Assembly (NCBI GenBank): GCA_025963965.1
Contig: JAOPZS010000044.1
Location: 4,170-68,169 of the forward strand
Origin: Solirubrobacterales bacterium
GTDB lineage: Bacteria > Actinomycetota > Thermoleophilia > Solirubrobacterales > Solirubrobacteraceae
Direction of reading: 5' to 3'
DNA length: 64,000 nucleotides
How positions within the stretch are numbered: position 1 is the first letter of the stretch; the number at the start of each line of letters is the position of its first letter. Below, one piece after another: positions 27,575-37,135 of the stretch. The notes beneath the pieces were generated by a model. It did not search any database, had not been told where the DNA came from, and worked only from the letters and a program-made list of their open reading frames with translations. Position numbers and translations under genes: made by a program.

Positions 27575-29218
27575 GTGAGTGACCCCGACCTCACCCTCCA
27601 GGCCCGCCTTCCGCCGGCGGTCGGGCCTGCGATCGGTCGGGTGCTGGAGGCCGCGCGTGAGCAGCACGTCGCCGATCGGCTCCGCGAAGCCGACCCGACG
27701 CTGTGGGGCGCAGAGGGCACGCCGGAGGTCGCGAACCGCCTCGGCTGGCTGACGATCGCCGAACGCACGCTCGGCGAGCTGCTGGAAATCGAACGCTTCG
27801 CCGACGGCGTCCGCCACGACGGACTGCGCGACATCGTGCTGCTCGGCATGGGCGGATCGTCGCTTGCGCCCGAGGTGTTCAGACGCGCCTTCGCGTCGGC
27901 CGGCGCCGGATCGAAGCTCTACGTCCTGGACTCGACCGACGCCGGCGCGATCGAAGCGGTGGGCGCCGCCGTCGAGATCGCCAGCACGCTGTTCATCGTC
28001 TCCTCGAAGTCCGGCGGCACGATCGAGCCGCTCTCGCTCTACGCCCACTTCTCCTCGCTCAACGGCAACGGCTCCAACTTCGCAGCGATCACCGACCCGG
28101 GCTCCGGCCTCGCCGAGCTCGCGACGAAGCAGGGCTTCCGGCAGATCTTCTTCGGAGATCCGAACATCGGCGGGCGCTACAGCGCGCTGTCGGCGTTCGG
28201 CATCGTCCCGGCCACCCTGATCGGGGTCGACACCGCGGCGCTTCTGCGCCGGGCACCGAGCGCCTGGCAGGCTGCGGTGGACGATCCCGCCGCTGCGGAG
28301 CTGCCTGCTGCGGTGTGGCTCGGTGCGGCGCTGGCCGCCCTCGCCGGGGAGGGTCGCGACAAGCTGACGTTCGTGATCGGTCCCTCGCTGCCTGGGCTCG
28401 GGCTGTGGCTGGAGCAGCTCGTCGCCGAGTCGACCGGCAAGCACGGCAAGGGGATCCTGCCGGTCGCCGACGAGCCGCTCGGCGAGCCGGGCGAGTACGG
28501 CGCGGACCGCGTGTTCCTGCACCTGCCCGACCCGGCCGCCCCGGACGCCGAGCACGCGGCTCGGCTCGCGGCCCTGGCCGAGGCTGGGCACCCCGTGATC
28601 ACGGTGCCGACGAGCGGCCCGGAGGACCTCGGCCGCATCTTCCTGCTCGCCGAGCTCGCCGTCGCCGTGGCCGGCTGGGGCCTTCAGATCAATCCCTTCG
28701 ACCAGCCCAACGTGCAGCAGGCCAAGGACGCCACGAACCGCGTCCTCGAAGGCTACGAGCAGAGCGGCGCGCTGCCCGCGATCCCGACGGCCGACGACCC
28801 GCAGCTGCGCGAGCTGCTGCTCGGCGCAGCGCCGCCGAGCTACGTCGCCCTGATGGCCTACCTGCAGCCGAGCGAGGCGTTCGACGCGGCTGCCGCCGAG
28901 CTGCGCCGGGAGATCCGCGCGGCGACGAAAGCGACGACGACGTTCGGCTACGGGCCGCGGTTCCTGCACTCGACCGGCCAGTTCCACAAGGGCGGACCGA
29001 AAACCGGTCGTTTCCTGCAGCTGCTCCACGACGGGGCGGTGGACGTGGCGATCCCGGGCCGGCCGTACGGCTTCAGGACGCTCAAGGAAGCGCAGGCGAT
29101 CGGAGACGATCAGACGCTGCGCGAGCTCGGGCTGCCGGCCGAGCGCGTGCGGCTCGAAGGCGAGGACCCAGTGGGCGCGCTCCGCGCCCTCACCGCGAGG
29201 ATCAGGGAGTGGACATGA
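27575..29218 (+). CDS. pgi: Glucose-6-phosphate isomerase (type found in Tal-PGI fusions)
   Basis: GMGGSSL, SKSGGTIE, GGRYSALS, EQLVAESTGK, NPFDQPNVQ, GPRFLHSTGQFHKGG. Confidence 0.9.
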   Translation: MSDPDLTLQARLPPAVGPAIGRVLEAAREQHVADRLREADPTLWGAEGTPEVANRLGWLTIAERTLGELLEIERFADGVRHDGLRDIVLLGMGGSSLAPEVFRRAFASAGAGSKLYVLDSTDAGAIEAVGAAVEIASTLFIVSSKSGGTIEPLSLYAHFSSLNGNGSNFAAITDPGSGLAELATKQGFRQIFFGDPNIGGRYSALSAFGIVPATLIGVDTAALLRRAPSAWQAAVDDPAAAELPAAVWLGAALAALAGEGRDKLTFVIGPSLPGLGLWLEQLVAESTGKHGKGILPVADEPLGEPGEYGADRVFLHLPDPAAPDAEHAARLAALAEAGHPVITVPTSGPEDLGRIFLLAELAVAVAGWGLQINPFDQPNVQQAKDATNRVLEGYEQSGALPAIPTADDPQLRELLLGAAPPSYVALMAYLQPSEAFDAAAAELRREIRAATKATTTFGYGPRFLHSTGQFHKGGPKTGRFLQLLHDGAVDVAIPGRPYGFRTLKEAQAIGDDQTLRELGLPAERVRLEGEDPVGALRALTARIREWT

Positions 29219-30198
29219 CGCAGATCGGCTTCGTCGGGCTCGGCAAGATGGGCGGCAACATGGTGCACCGCATCAGGCGCGACTCCGAGCACGACGTAGT
29301 CGCGTTCGACTTCGACGAGAAGGCCGTCAGGCAGGCCGTCAAGAACGGCGCCTCCGGGGCCGCCTCGCTGCGCGAGCTCGTCAAGCAGCTCGAGCCGCCG
29401 CGGATGGTCTGGATCATGGTCCCGGCCGGCGCGCCGACGCAGGAGACGGTCGACAAGCTCGCCAGGCTGCTCGACCGTGGCGACACGATCATCGACGGCG
29501 GCAACTCCAAGTGGACCGATGACAAGCGCCGCGCCGCAGAGCTGAAAAAAGCCGGCATCGACTACGTCGATGTGGGCACCTCCGGCGGCGTCTGGGGCTT
29601 GGAGGTCGGCTACTGCATGATGGTCGGCGGGGCGCCCAAAGCCGTCAAACGGCTGGCGCCGATCCTCGACGTGCTCGCCCCCGAGACGACCGAGCAGAGC
29701 AGGGCCGCGATCGGCCCGCGCGGCTGGATGCGGTTCGGTCCCGCAGGCGCCGGGCACTACGTGAAGATGGTCCACAACGGCGTCGAGTACGGCCTGATGC
29801 AGGCCTACGCCGAGGGCTTCGACATCTTCGACAAGTCCGAGTACGAGCTCGACAACGCGAAGATCGCCCACCTGTGGGGCCAGGGCTCTGTCGTGCGCTC
29901 GTGGCTCTGCGAACTGGCCGCGCGGGCCTTCGAGGCCGACGGCAACGAGCTGCAGGCGATCGAGGGGTACACCGAGGACTCCGGCGAGGGGCGCTGGACG
30001 ATCGAGGACGCGACGGCGCACGACGTGCCGACACCCGTGATCACGGCGTCGCTCTACGCGCGCCTGCGCTCCCGCGGCAACGGCGACTTCGCCGACCGCG
30101 TGCTGGCGGCCCTGCGCAACCAGTTCGGCGGACACGCCGTCAAGAGCGCCCCGAGCGCCGCCAAAGGCGCCTCCGGCCGCGGCTCGGGAGCAGCCTGA
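29215..30198 (+). CDS. gnd: 6-phosphogluconate dehydrogenase (decarboxylating, short type)
   Basis: GLGKMG, DGGNS, GTSGG, GHYVKMVHNGVEYG, LRNQFGGH. Confidence 0.95.
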   Translation: MTQIGFVGLGKMGGNMVHRIRRDSEHDVVAFDFDEKAVRQAVKNGASGAASLRELVKQLEPPRMVWIMVPAGAPTQETVDKLARLLDRGDTIIDGGNSKWTDDKRRAAELKKAGIDYVDVGTSGGVWGLEVGYCMMVGGAPKAVKRLAPILDVLAPETTEQSRAAIGPRGWMRFGPAGAGHYVKMVHNGVEYGLMQAYAEGFDIFDKSEYELDNAKIAHLWGQGSVVRSWLCELAARAFEADGNELQAIEGYTEDSGEGRWTIEDATAHDVPTPVITASLYARLRSRGNGDFADRVLAALRNQFGGHAVKSAPSAAKGASGRGSGAA

Positions 30199-30199
30199 G

Positions 30200-31750
30200 A
30201 TGGCGGTCGCCGCAGGCCGTCCCACCGAGCAGGAGGTGCCCGAGAACCCGCTGACCGTAGGGCTCGAGCGGCTGCCGGTCGCGCCCACGACGCTGGTCAT
30301 CTTCGGCGCCACCGGCGACCTCGCGCGGCGCAAACTGCTGCCGGCGCTCTACAACCTCGCCCACGAGGGCGCCCTGCCTGAGCGCTTCTTCCTGGTCGGC
30401 GTCTCGCGCAAAGAGAAGGAGGACGAGGATTACCGCGGGGAGTGCGAGGAGGCGATCAGGCGCTTCTCGCGCAGAGCGCCGGACGAGGCCGTGCTCAAGG
30501 GGCTGCTCGACAACGTCAGGTACGTGCCCGGGACCTTCGACGAAGACTCGGTCTACACCCAGCTGGGTGAGGTGCTCGACGGCTTCGAAAAGGAGGCGGG
30601 CGAGCCGCTCAACCGTGCCTTCTACCTCTCGACCGCCCCGTCCTTCTTCCACGTGATCGTCGAGAAGCTCGGCCAGTCCAACCTGGCCAGCCACGAGACG
30701 GCCGACGTGCGTCTGATCATCGAGAAGCCGTTCGGCACGACCCTCGAGGAGGCCCGCGAGCTGAACCGCCGGGTCCTGGCGATCTTCGAGGAGACCCAGG
30801 TGTTCCGGATCGATCACTACCTCGGCAAGGAGACCGTTCAGAACCTGATGGCGTTCCGCTTCGCGAACGGCATGTTCGAGCCGCTGTGGAACCGCAACTA
30901 CATCGACTACGTGCAGATCACCGCCGCCGAGGATCTCGGCATCGGCACGCGCGCCGACTACTACGACCAGGCGGGGGCGCTGCGCGACCTGATCCAGAAC
31001 CACATGCTGCAGCTGCTGTGCCACGTGGCGATGGAGCCGCCGGTCAACTTCGCCGCCGAAGAGGTGCGAAACGAGAAGGTCAAGGTGCTGCAAGCGATCC
31101 CCGAGCCGACCGCCGCGGAGATCCCGAAGATGGCCGTGCGCGCGCAGTACACAGCCGGGCACGCCGGCGGCGAGGATGTTCCCGGCTACCTCGAGGAGCC
31201 CGGCGTGCCCCCCGGCTCGAACACCGAGACCTACGCGGCGCTGCGCCTGGAGGTCGACAACTGGCGCTGGGCGGGCGTGCCGTTCTACCTGCGCACCGGC
31301 AAGCGCCTGGCACGCAAGGTGACCGAGATCGCCGTCACGCTCAAGCCCGTCCCGCACCTTGCCTTCAGCGAAGGCGGATCGCTCGGCGTGCAGCCCAACC
31401 AGCTCGTGCTGACGCTCCAGCCGAACGAGGGCGTGTCGCTGCAGCTCGGCGCCAAGATCCCTGGCACGCGCATGAAGATCCGCCCGGTCAACATGGAGTT
31501 CCTCTACGGGACCGCCTTCCTGTCGCAGTCGCCCGAGGCCTACGAGCGTCTGATCACCGATGCGATGCGCGGCGACGCCACGCTGTTCACCAGGAACGAC
31601 GAGGTCGAGGCGCAGTGGCGCATCTGCGATCCGATCGTCACGGCGTGGGAGAGCACGCCCGGCCCGCTGCCGACCTACGAAGCGGGCTCGCAGGGCCCCG
31701 AGGAGGCCAACAGCCTGCTGCGCCCCGGCGATCGCTGGCGCGCGATCTGA
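30200..31750 (+). CDS. zwf: Glucose-6-phosphate 1-dehydrogenase
   Basis: GATGDLARRK, EKPFG, RIDHYLGKETVQN, RTGK. Confidence 0.97.
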   Translation: MAVAAGRPTEQEVPENPLTVGLERLPVAPTTLVIFGATGDLARRKLLPALYNLAHEGALPERFFLVGVSRKEKEDEDYRGECEEAIRRFSRRAPDEAVLKGLLDNVRYVPGTFDEDSVYTQLGEVLDGFEKEAGEPLNRAFYLSTAPSFFHVIVEKLGQSNLASHETADVRLIIEKPFGTTLEEARELNRRVLAIFEETQVFRIDHYLGKETVQNLMAFRFANGMFEPLWNRNYIDYVQITAAEDLGIGTRADYYDQAGALRDLIQNHMLQLLCHVAMEPPVNFAAEEVRNEKVKVLQAIPEPTAAEIPKMAVRAQYTAGHAGGEDVPGYLEEPGVPPGSNTETYAALRLEVDNWRWAGVPFYLRTGKRLARKVTEIAVTLKPVPHLAFSEGGSLGVQPNQLVLTLQPNEGVSLQLGAKIPGTRMKIRPVNMEFLYGTAFLSQSPEAYERLITDAMRGDATLFTRNDEVEAQWRICDPIVTAWESTPGPLPTYEAGSQGPEEANSLLRPGDRWRAI

Positions 31751-32811
31751 TGGGCCGCACCGACAAGGTGTGGAGCGCCCAGGGCACGACGCCGGACGCG
31801 ATCGAAGCGGCGCTTCGCCAGCTCCTGATCGAAGCCCACGCCGAGCGCGAGGACTTCGTGCCGGCGCGCGTGCTGAACATGATCGCGTTCGTCGACCGTG
31901 AATGGACCGGCGAGATCGCCAACCGCCTGCGCGGCGTCGGGCGTTACCACGCATCGCGCCTGGTCGTGCTCGCCTACGAGCCGAGACGCACGCGCCTGGA
32001 CGCGCGCGTGATCCTGGCGGCCGACGAGCATCCCGCGCCCGGCGAGCCTGTGCTGCTGCGCGAGACCGTCGTCGTCGAACTGGGCGACCGCCATCTCGAT
32101 GACCTGGTGACGATCGCCGACCCGCTCGTCGTCACCGACCTGCCGACGCTCCTGTGGTCCCCGCACGGCCACCACGAGATCGTGGCGGATCTGATTCCGC
32201 TCGCCCAGGCCGTGCTCGTCGACTCCGTCGAGGGGCCCGACGTCAGCGAAGCGCTCGACTGGGCCTGCACCCTCAGCGACCGCGCATACGTCGTCGATCT
32301 CGCCTGGTTGCGCTCGACGCCGTGGCGCGAGCGCGTCGCGGCGATGTTCGATCCCCCCTGGCTGCGGCGCGAGCTCGGCATGCTGTCCTCGGTGACCGTG
32401 CGCCATCACCCCGCCTCGACGGTCGCAGCCGGGCTGTACGTCGGCTGGCTGTCCTCGCGGCTGGACTGGAAGCCGGCCCGGCTGGTCACCCATGACGGGG
32501 CGCTGATCGGAACGGCGCACGCTTCTCGCCAAGACGTCGAGCTGCGCCTGCAGGTGGCCCCGGAGCTGCCCGTGCCGGGCCTCGAGGGGCTGACGATCGA
32601 GACGGCCGCCGGGCACATGCTGCGCCTGGACCGCGGCCCGGGGGGACTGCGCGCGCGCTTCGCCGGGCGGCGGGAGCCCGACCGCGTGTGGACGATCCCC
32701 GGAGCCTCGCGCGGCGAGACGGGCGTGCTCGGCGAGGGCATCCGCCAGGCGCTGCTGCGCGACCCGACCTACCTGCCCGCGCTGCGCCACGCGCGCACGA
32801 TGCTGACGTGA
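31750..32811 (+). CDS. opcA: G6PD assembly protein OpcA
   Basis: Coupled to zwf; HASR, DLPTLLW, DLAWLRSTPWRE. Confidence 0.88.
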   Translation: MGRTDKVWSAQGTTPDAIEAALRQLLIEAHAEREDFVPARVLNMIAFVDREWTGEIANRLRGVGRYHASRLVVLAYEPRRTRLDARVILAADEHPAPGEPVLLRETVVVELGDRHLDDLVTIADPLVVTDLPTLLWSPHGHHEIVADLIPLAQAVLVDSVEGPDVSEALDWACTLSDRAYVVDLAWLRSTPWRERVAAMFDPPWLRRELGMLSSVTVRHHPASTVAAGLYVGWLSSRLDWKPARLVTHDGALIGTAHASRQDVELRLQVAPELPVPGLEGLTIETAAGHMLRLDRGPGGLRARFAGRREPDRVWTIPGASRGETGVLGEGIRQALLRDPTYLPALRHARTMLT

Positions 32812-33527
32812 CGCGCCTGACGACCTGCCCGGACGACGAGACCGTCGCCCGCCGCGCAGCCGAGCACGTCACGCGCTCGCTCGCTCGCTCGCGCGAGCAG
32901 CGCGGCGCGGCGCACCTGGCCCTGAGCGGCGGCACGACGCCGGGGCGGACCTACGAGCTGCTCGGCGCCGACGCGGAGGCGCTCGAGGGCGTCGAGCTGT
33001 GGTTCGCCGACGAGCGGTGCGTGCCACCCGATGACGAGCAGAGCAACTACCTGCTCGCCAGGCGCACGCTGATCGACCCGGCCGGGATCGACGCGGCGCG
33101 GGTGCACCGGATGGCCGGTGAGCTGGGCCCCGAGCGCGGCGCCGGCGCCTACGCGGAGGAGCTGCTCGCCCACCTCGGCGGCGACGGGCTGCTTCCCGTG
33201 TTCGACCTGATCGTGCTCGGCATCGGCCCCGACGGTCACATCGCTTCGCTGTTTCCCGGCGCGGCCACGCTCGACGCCGGCGAGCAGGCGATCTGCCTCG
33301 GTGTCTCTGACTCGCCGAAGCCCCCGCCCGAGCGGATCACGCTGAGCCTGGCTGTGCTGCGAGCCGCACGTGAGTGCCTGCTGCTCGCCACCGGAGCCGG
33401 CAAGGCGGACGCCGTCAACGCGATGCTTGGCGAGCCGACGCGTCACGTGCCGGCGAGTCTGCTCGCCAGGGAGCGGCTGACCGTGATCGTCGACGACGAC
33501 GCCGCCCCCGACGGCCCGCCGCGATGA
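32808..33527 (+). CDS. pgl: 6-phosphogluconolactonase
   Basis: LSGGTTP, DERCV, LGIGPDGHIASLFP, SPKPPPERITL. Confidence 0.95.
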   Translation: MTRLTTCPDDETVARRAAEHVTRSLARSREQRGAAHLALSGGTTPGRTYELLGADAEALEGVELWFADERCVPPDDEQSNYLLARRTLIDPAGIDAARVHRMAGELGPERGAGAYAEELLAHLGGDGLLPVFDLIVLGIGPDGHIASLFPGAATLDAGEQAICLGVSDSPKPPPERITLSLAVLRAARECLLLATGAGKADAVNAMLGEPTRHVPASLLARERLTVIVDDDAAPDGPPR

Positions 33528-34102
33528 CGGGCGCGGCCGCCCAGGCCGTGCTCGTACGCCACACCGAGACGGAGTGGACGCTGAGCGGCCAGCACACAGG
33601 GCGCACCGACGTGCCGCTGACCGAGCACGGACGTGAGGCCGCACGAGGCCTGGCGGAGCGGCTGGCCGGTTGTGGCTTCGCGCTGGTGCTCGTCAGCCCG
33701 GCACGGCGCGCTCTCGAAACGTGCGAGCTGTGCGGGCTGGCCGACGATGCCCAGGTACGGGATGACCTGCGGGAGTGGGACTACGGCGAGTACGAGGGCC
33801 TTACCAGCGCCGAGATCGAGCTGCGCCGGCCGGGCTGGAGCCTGTGGCGCGACGGTTGCCCCGGAGGCGAGGACGCCGCCGCCGTCGGCGCCCGGGCCGA
33901 TCATGTGATCGCCGAGCTGGCGGGCGCCGCCGGGGCGGTCGCGATCTTCTCGCATGGGCACATGCTGCGCGTGCTGGGCGCCCGCTGGGTGGAGCTGGCA
34001 CCCGAGGCCGGAGCGCGGCTCGGGCTCGCGCCCGGCTCGGTCTCGCGGCTGGGCGCCGAGCACGGCACGCCGATCATCGCGAGCTGGAACGCAGGCGGCT
34101 GA
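33524..34102 (+). CDS. Histidine phosphatase family protein
   Basis: VRHTETEW, GRTDVPLT, EWDYG, SHGH. Confidence 0.88.
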   Translation: MTGAAAQAVLVRHTETEWTLSGQHTGRTDVPLTEHGREAARGLAERLAGCGFALVLVSPARRALETCELCGLADDAQVRDDLREWDYGEYEGLTSAEIELRRPGWSLWRDGCPGGEDAAAVGARADHVIAELAGAAGAVAIFSHGHMLRVLGARWVELAPEAGARLGLAPGSVSRLGAEHGTPIIASWNAGG

Positions 34103-34119
34103 GCGGCTGCGTGCGGCAC

Positions 34120-34140
34120 GCGGTGCGCGGTGCGCGGTGC
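34120..34140. repeat. Intergenic tandem heptamer (GCGGTGC)x3
   Basis: Three exact copies. Confidence 0.5.
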
Positions 34141-34211
34141 GCGCCCTACCGGAGGTGCTCGTCGTGCACCGATCCTCGAGCAGCGGCTAGAGTGAGCCGG
34201 CAAGCCTGCTG

Positions 34212-35342
34212 ATGGCAGTCCGCGCGGCCCCGACCGATCCTCTCGCTCCCGACGCCGAGCAGCTCCTCGCGGCGATGGACTCCTCGCGCGAGCGGACGCT
34301 GGCGCTGGTCGCGCCCCTGAGCGACGAGCAGCTCGAGCGGGTTCACTCTCCGATCATGAGCCCGCTCGTCTGGGACCTCGCCCACATCGCCGCATATGAG
34401 GATCTCTGGATCGGCCACCGCCTCGGCGGGCTCAGGCTGATGCGCCCCGAGCTGGCGGCGCTCTACGACGCGTTCGAGACCCCGCGCGCGGTGCGCGGCG
34501 ATCTCGAGCTGCTCGACGCCCCTGCCGCGCGCGCGTACCTCGTGGAGGTCCGTGCCCAGGCGTTCGAAGTGATCGCCCGGACCGGCATCGGCGACGGCCT
34601 GATCGCGGAGATGGTGCTGCGCCATGAGCTGCAGCACACCGAGACGATGCGCCAGACGATGGCGATCGGCGGCCTGCTCGCCGCGGGCGATCGTCCGGCA
34701 GCGCTGCCGGGCTCATCAGGGTGGCTGGCGGTTCCGGCTGGGCGTGTCCAGATCGGCGCTCCCGACGAGGGCTTCGCCTATGACAACGAGCGCCCCCGCC
34801 ATGAGGTCGAGCTCGGTGCCTTCGTGATCGCGCGTCTGCCGGTCAGCAACGCCAGCTGGATGCACTTCAGCGAGGGCGGCGGCTATGAAAGGCGCGAGTG
34901 GTGGTCCGCCGAGGGGTGGGCGTGGAAGGAGGAGTACGACATCAGCCACCATCCGGCCGTGGCGACGGGTGATCCGGAGGCTCCCGTCTGCCACGTCAGC
35001 TGGTTCGAGGCCGACGCCTTCGCCCGCGCGCATGATGCGCGACTCCCCACCGAGCAGGAGTGGGAGCGGGCGGCGACCTCGGAGCAGCCGGCGCAGCAGC
35101 TTCTCGGAGTCGGCTCCGTCTGGGAGTGGACGAGCTCCCACTTCCTTCCGTATCCGGGTTTCCGCGCGCACCCCTACAAGGAGTACTCCGAGGTGTTCTT
35201 CGGCGAGGGCTACCGCGTGCTGCGAGGCGGCTCGTGGGCGACGCACGAGCGTGTCGCCACGCCGAGCTTCCGCAACTGGGACCTTCCGGAGCGCCGGCAG
35301 ATCTTCGCCGGGGTGCGGCTCGCCCGCCGGGAGCAGGCCTGA
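34212..35342 (+). CDS. egtB: Ergothioneine sulfoxide synthase EgtB
   Basis: SPLVWDLAH, HELQHTE iron motif, FGE-sulfatase domain, YKEYS, FRNWD..RRQIFAG; adjacent to egtD. Confidence 0.9.
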   Translation: MAVRAAPTDPLAPDAEQLLAAMDSSRERTLALVAPLSDEQLERVHSPIMSPLVWDLAHIAAYEDLWIGHRLGGLRLMRPELAALYDAFETPRAVRGDLELLDAPAARAYLVEVRAQAFEVIARTGIGDGLIAEMVLRHELQHTETMRQTMAIGGLLAAGDRPAALPGSSGWLAVPAGRVQIGAPDEGFAYDNERPRHEVELGAFVIARLPVSNASWMHFSEGGGYERREWWSAEGWAWKEEYDISHHPAVATGDPEAPVCHVSWFEADAFARAHDARLPTEQEWERAATSEQPAQQLLGVGSVWEWTSSHFLPYPGFRAHPYKEYSEVFFGEGYRVLRGGSWATHERVATPSFRNWDLPERRQIFAGVRLARREQA

Positions 35343-36352
35343 TGGCTGCCTCTCCCCCGCGCCCACAGGTGGCCGGCCCGGCGATCCGGATCGATTCCCA
35401 CCTCGACGGCGGCCAGGAGCGCTCGCTGGCCGACGACGTGCTCGACGGGCTGACACGTCCGTTCAAGGAGCTGCCTCCGAAGCATTTCTACGACGCCCGC
35501 GGCGCCGAGCTGTTCGATCGCATCTGCGAGCTGCCCGAGTACTACCCGACGCGCGCCGAGCGGGCGATCCTCGAGCACTGCTCGCCGGCGCTCGCCGAGA
35601 TCACCGGCGCAGCGGAGCTTGTCGAGCTCGGCTCCGGCACCGCGGCCAAGACGCGTGTCCTGCTCGACGCGCTGGATGCGGCGGGCACGCTGCGCCGCTA
35701 CGTGCCGTTCGACGTGACCGAGACGATGGTGCGCGAGTCCGCCAGAGAGCTGACCAGCGAGTACCCCGGGCTGCGCGTGCACGGCGTGATCGGCGACTTC
35801 GAGCGCCATCTCGACCGTGTGCCGGCGGCCGAGGGGCCGCGGATCGTCGCCTTCCTCGGAGGCACGATCGGGAACTTCCCGCCGGGCAGCCGCAGGCGCT
35901 TCCTGCGGCAGATCGCGCGCCTGCTGGGAGCAGAGGACTTCCTGCTGATGGGCACCGACCTCGTCAAGGACCCGCGCGTGCTGGAGGCGGCCTACGACGA
36001 CTCACAGGGCGTCACGGCGGAGTTCAACCGCAACGTGCTGCACGTGCTGAATCGCGAGCTCGACGCGGACTTCGACCCCGAGGACTTCGATCATGTCGCG
36101 CTGTTCGACCGCGAGCACGAGTGGATCGAGATGCGCCTGCGTGCCCGCCGCGAGCTGACCGGCACGGTTCGCGACCTCGGCCTCGACGTGCATTTCGATG
36201 CAGGCGAGGAGCTGCGTACGGAGATCTCGGCGAAGTTCACACCCGAGCGGCTCGACGGAGATCTCGCCGCGGCGGGGCTCGAGGTCGCGCACTGGATGAC
36301 CGATCCCGAGGACCTGTTCGCGCTGACCCTCTCACGGCGCACAGACCTGTAG
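35342..36352 (+). CDS. egtD: L-histidine N-alpha-methyltransferase EgtD
   Basis: LPPKHFYD..LPEYYPTR, ELGSG, FLGGTIGN, AYDD..GVTAEFN, RTEISAKF. Confidence 0.95.
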   Translation: MAASPPRPQVAGPAIRIDSHLDGGQERSLADDVLDGLTRPFKELPPKHFYDARGAELFDRICELPEYYPTRAERAILEHCSPALAEITGAAELVELGSGTAAKTRVLLDALDAAGTLRRYVPFDVTETMVRESARELTSEYPGLRVHGVIGDFERHLDRVPAAEGPRIVAFLGGTIGNFPPGSRRRFLRQIARLLGAEDFLLMGTDLVKDPRVLEAAYDDSQGVTAEFNRNVLHVLNRELDADFDPEDFDHVALFDREHEWIEMRLRARRELTGTVRDLGLDVHFDAGEELRTEISAKFTPERLDGDLAAAGLEVAHWMTDPEDLFALTLSRRTDL

Positions 36353-36364
36353 GCTCCCGGCGCG

Positions 36365-37126
36365 ATGGAGATCGAGGGCGCGGCAGCGATCGTCGTGGGC
36401 GGGGCATCGGGCCTCGGCGAGGCGACCGTGCGCGCCCTCGCAGCCCGCGGCGCGACAGTCACGATCGCCGATGTCAACGCCGAGAAGGGGCAGGCGCTCG
36501 GCGCCGAGCTGGGGTCGGACTTCGTTGCCTGTGACGTGCGCGAGGAGAGCCAGGTGGAGGCGGCGGTGGGGCGAGCCGCGGCGACTGAGGGCGGCCTGCG
36601 CATCGCGGTCTGCTGCGCCGGCACCGGCTGGGCCCAGAAGGTCGCCGGCTCCAAGGGCCCGCACCCGCTGCTGCCGTTCGAGACGATCATCTCGATCAAC
36701 CTGATCGGGACGTTCAACGTGCTGCGATACGCGGCCGCCGCGATGATCCCCGCCGACCCGGGCGAGGACGGCGAACGCGGCGTCTGCGTGAACACCGCAT
36801 CGATCGCGGCGTTCGACGGCCAGATCGGCCAGATCGCCTACTCGGCTTCGAAGGGCGGCGTCGTCGGGATGACGCTGCCCGCCGCACGCGACCTGGCGCA
36901 GTACGGGATCCGCGTCAACACGATCGCACCGGGACTGTTCGACACGCCGCTGCTGGCCGCGCTGCCCGAGGAGGCCCGCGTCAAGCTCGGAGCCGGCGTG
37001 CCGTTCCCGCCGCGCCTGGGCAAGCCCGCCGAGTACGCACAGCTCGTCTGTCAGATCGTCGAGAACAGGATGCTCAACGGCGAGACGATCCGGCTCGACG
37101 GCGCGTTGCGGATGCCCCCGCGCTGA
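36365..37126 (+). CDS. SDR, HSD10-like 3-hydroxyacyl-CoA dehydrogenase
   Basis: [35 protein letters not shown]. Confidence 0.92.
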   Translation: MEIEGAAAIVVGGASGLGEATVRALAARGATVTIADVNAEKGQALGAELGSDFVACDVREESQVEAAVGRAAATEGGLRIAVCCAGTGWAQKVAGSKGPHPLLPFETIISINLIGTFNVLRYAAAAMIPADPGEDGERGVCVNTASIAAFDGQIGQIAYSASKGGVVGMTLPAARDLAQYGIRVNTIAPGLFDTPLLAALPEEARVKLGAGVPFPPRLGKPAEYAQLVCQIVENRMLNGETIRLDGALRMPPR

Positions 37127-37135
37127 GCGGCGCGT

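Noticed and set aside
34212-35342. Selenoneine synthase SenA
   Set aside because: No senB or selD neighbours; coupled to egtD; motifs match mycobacterial EgtB.
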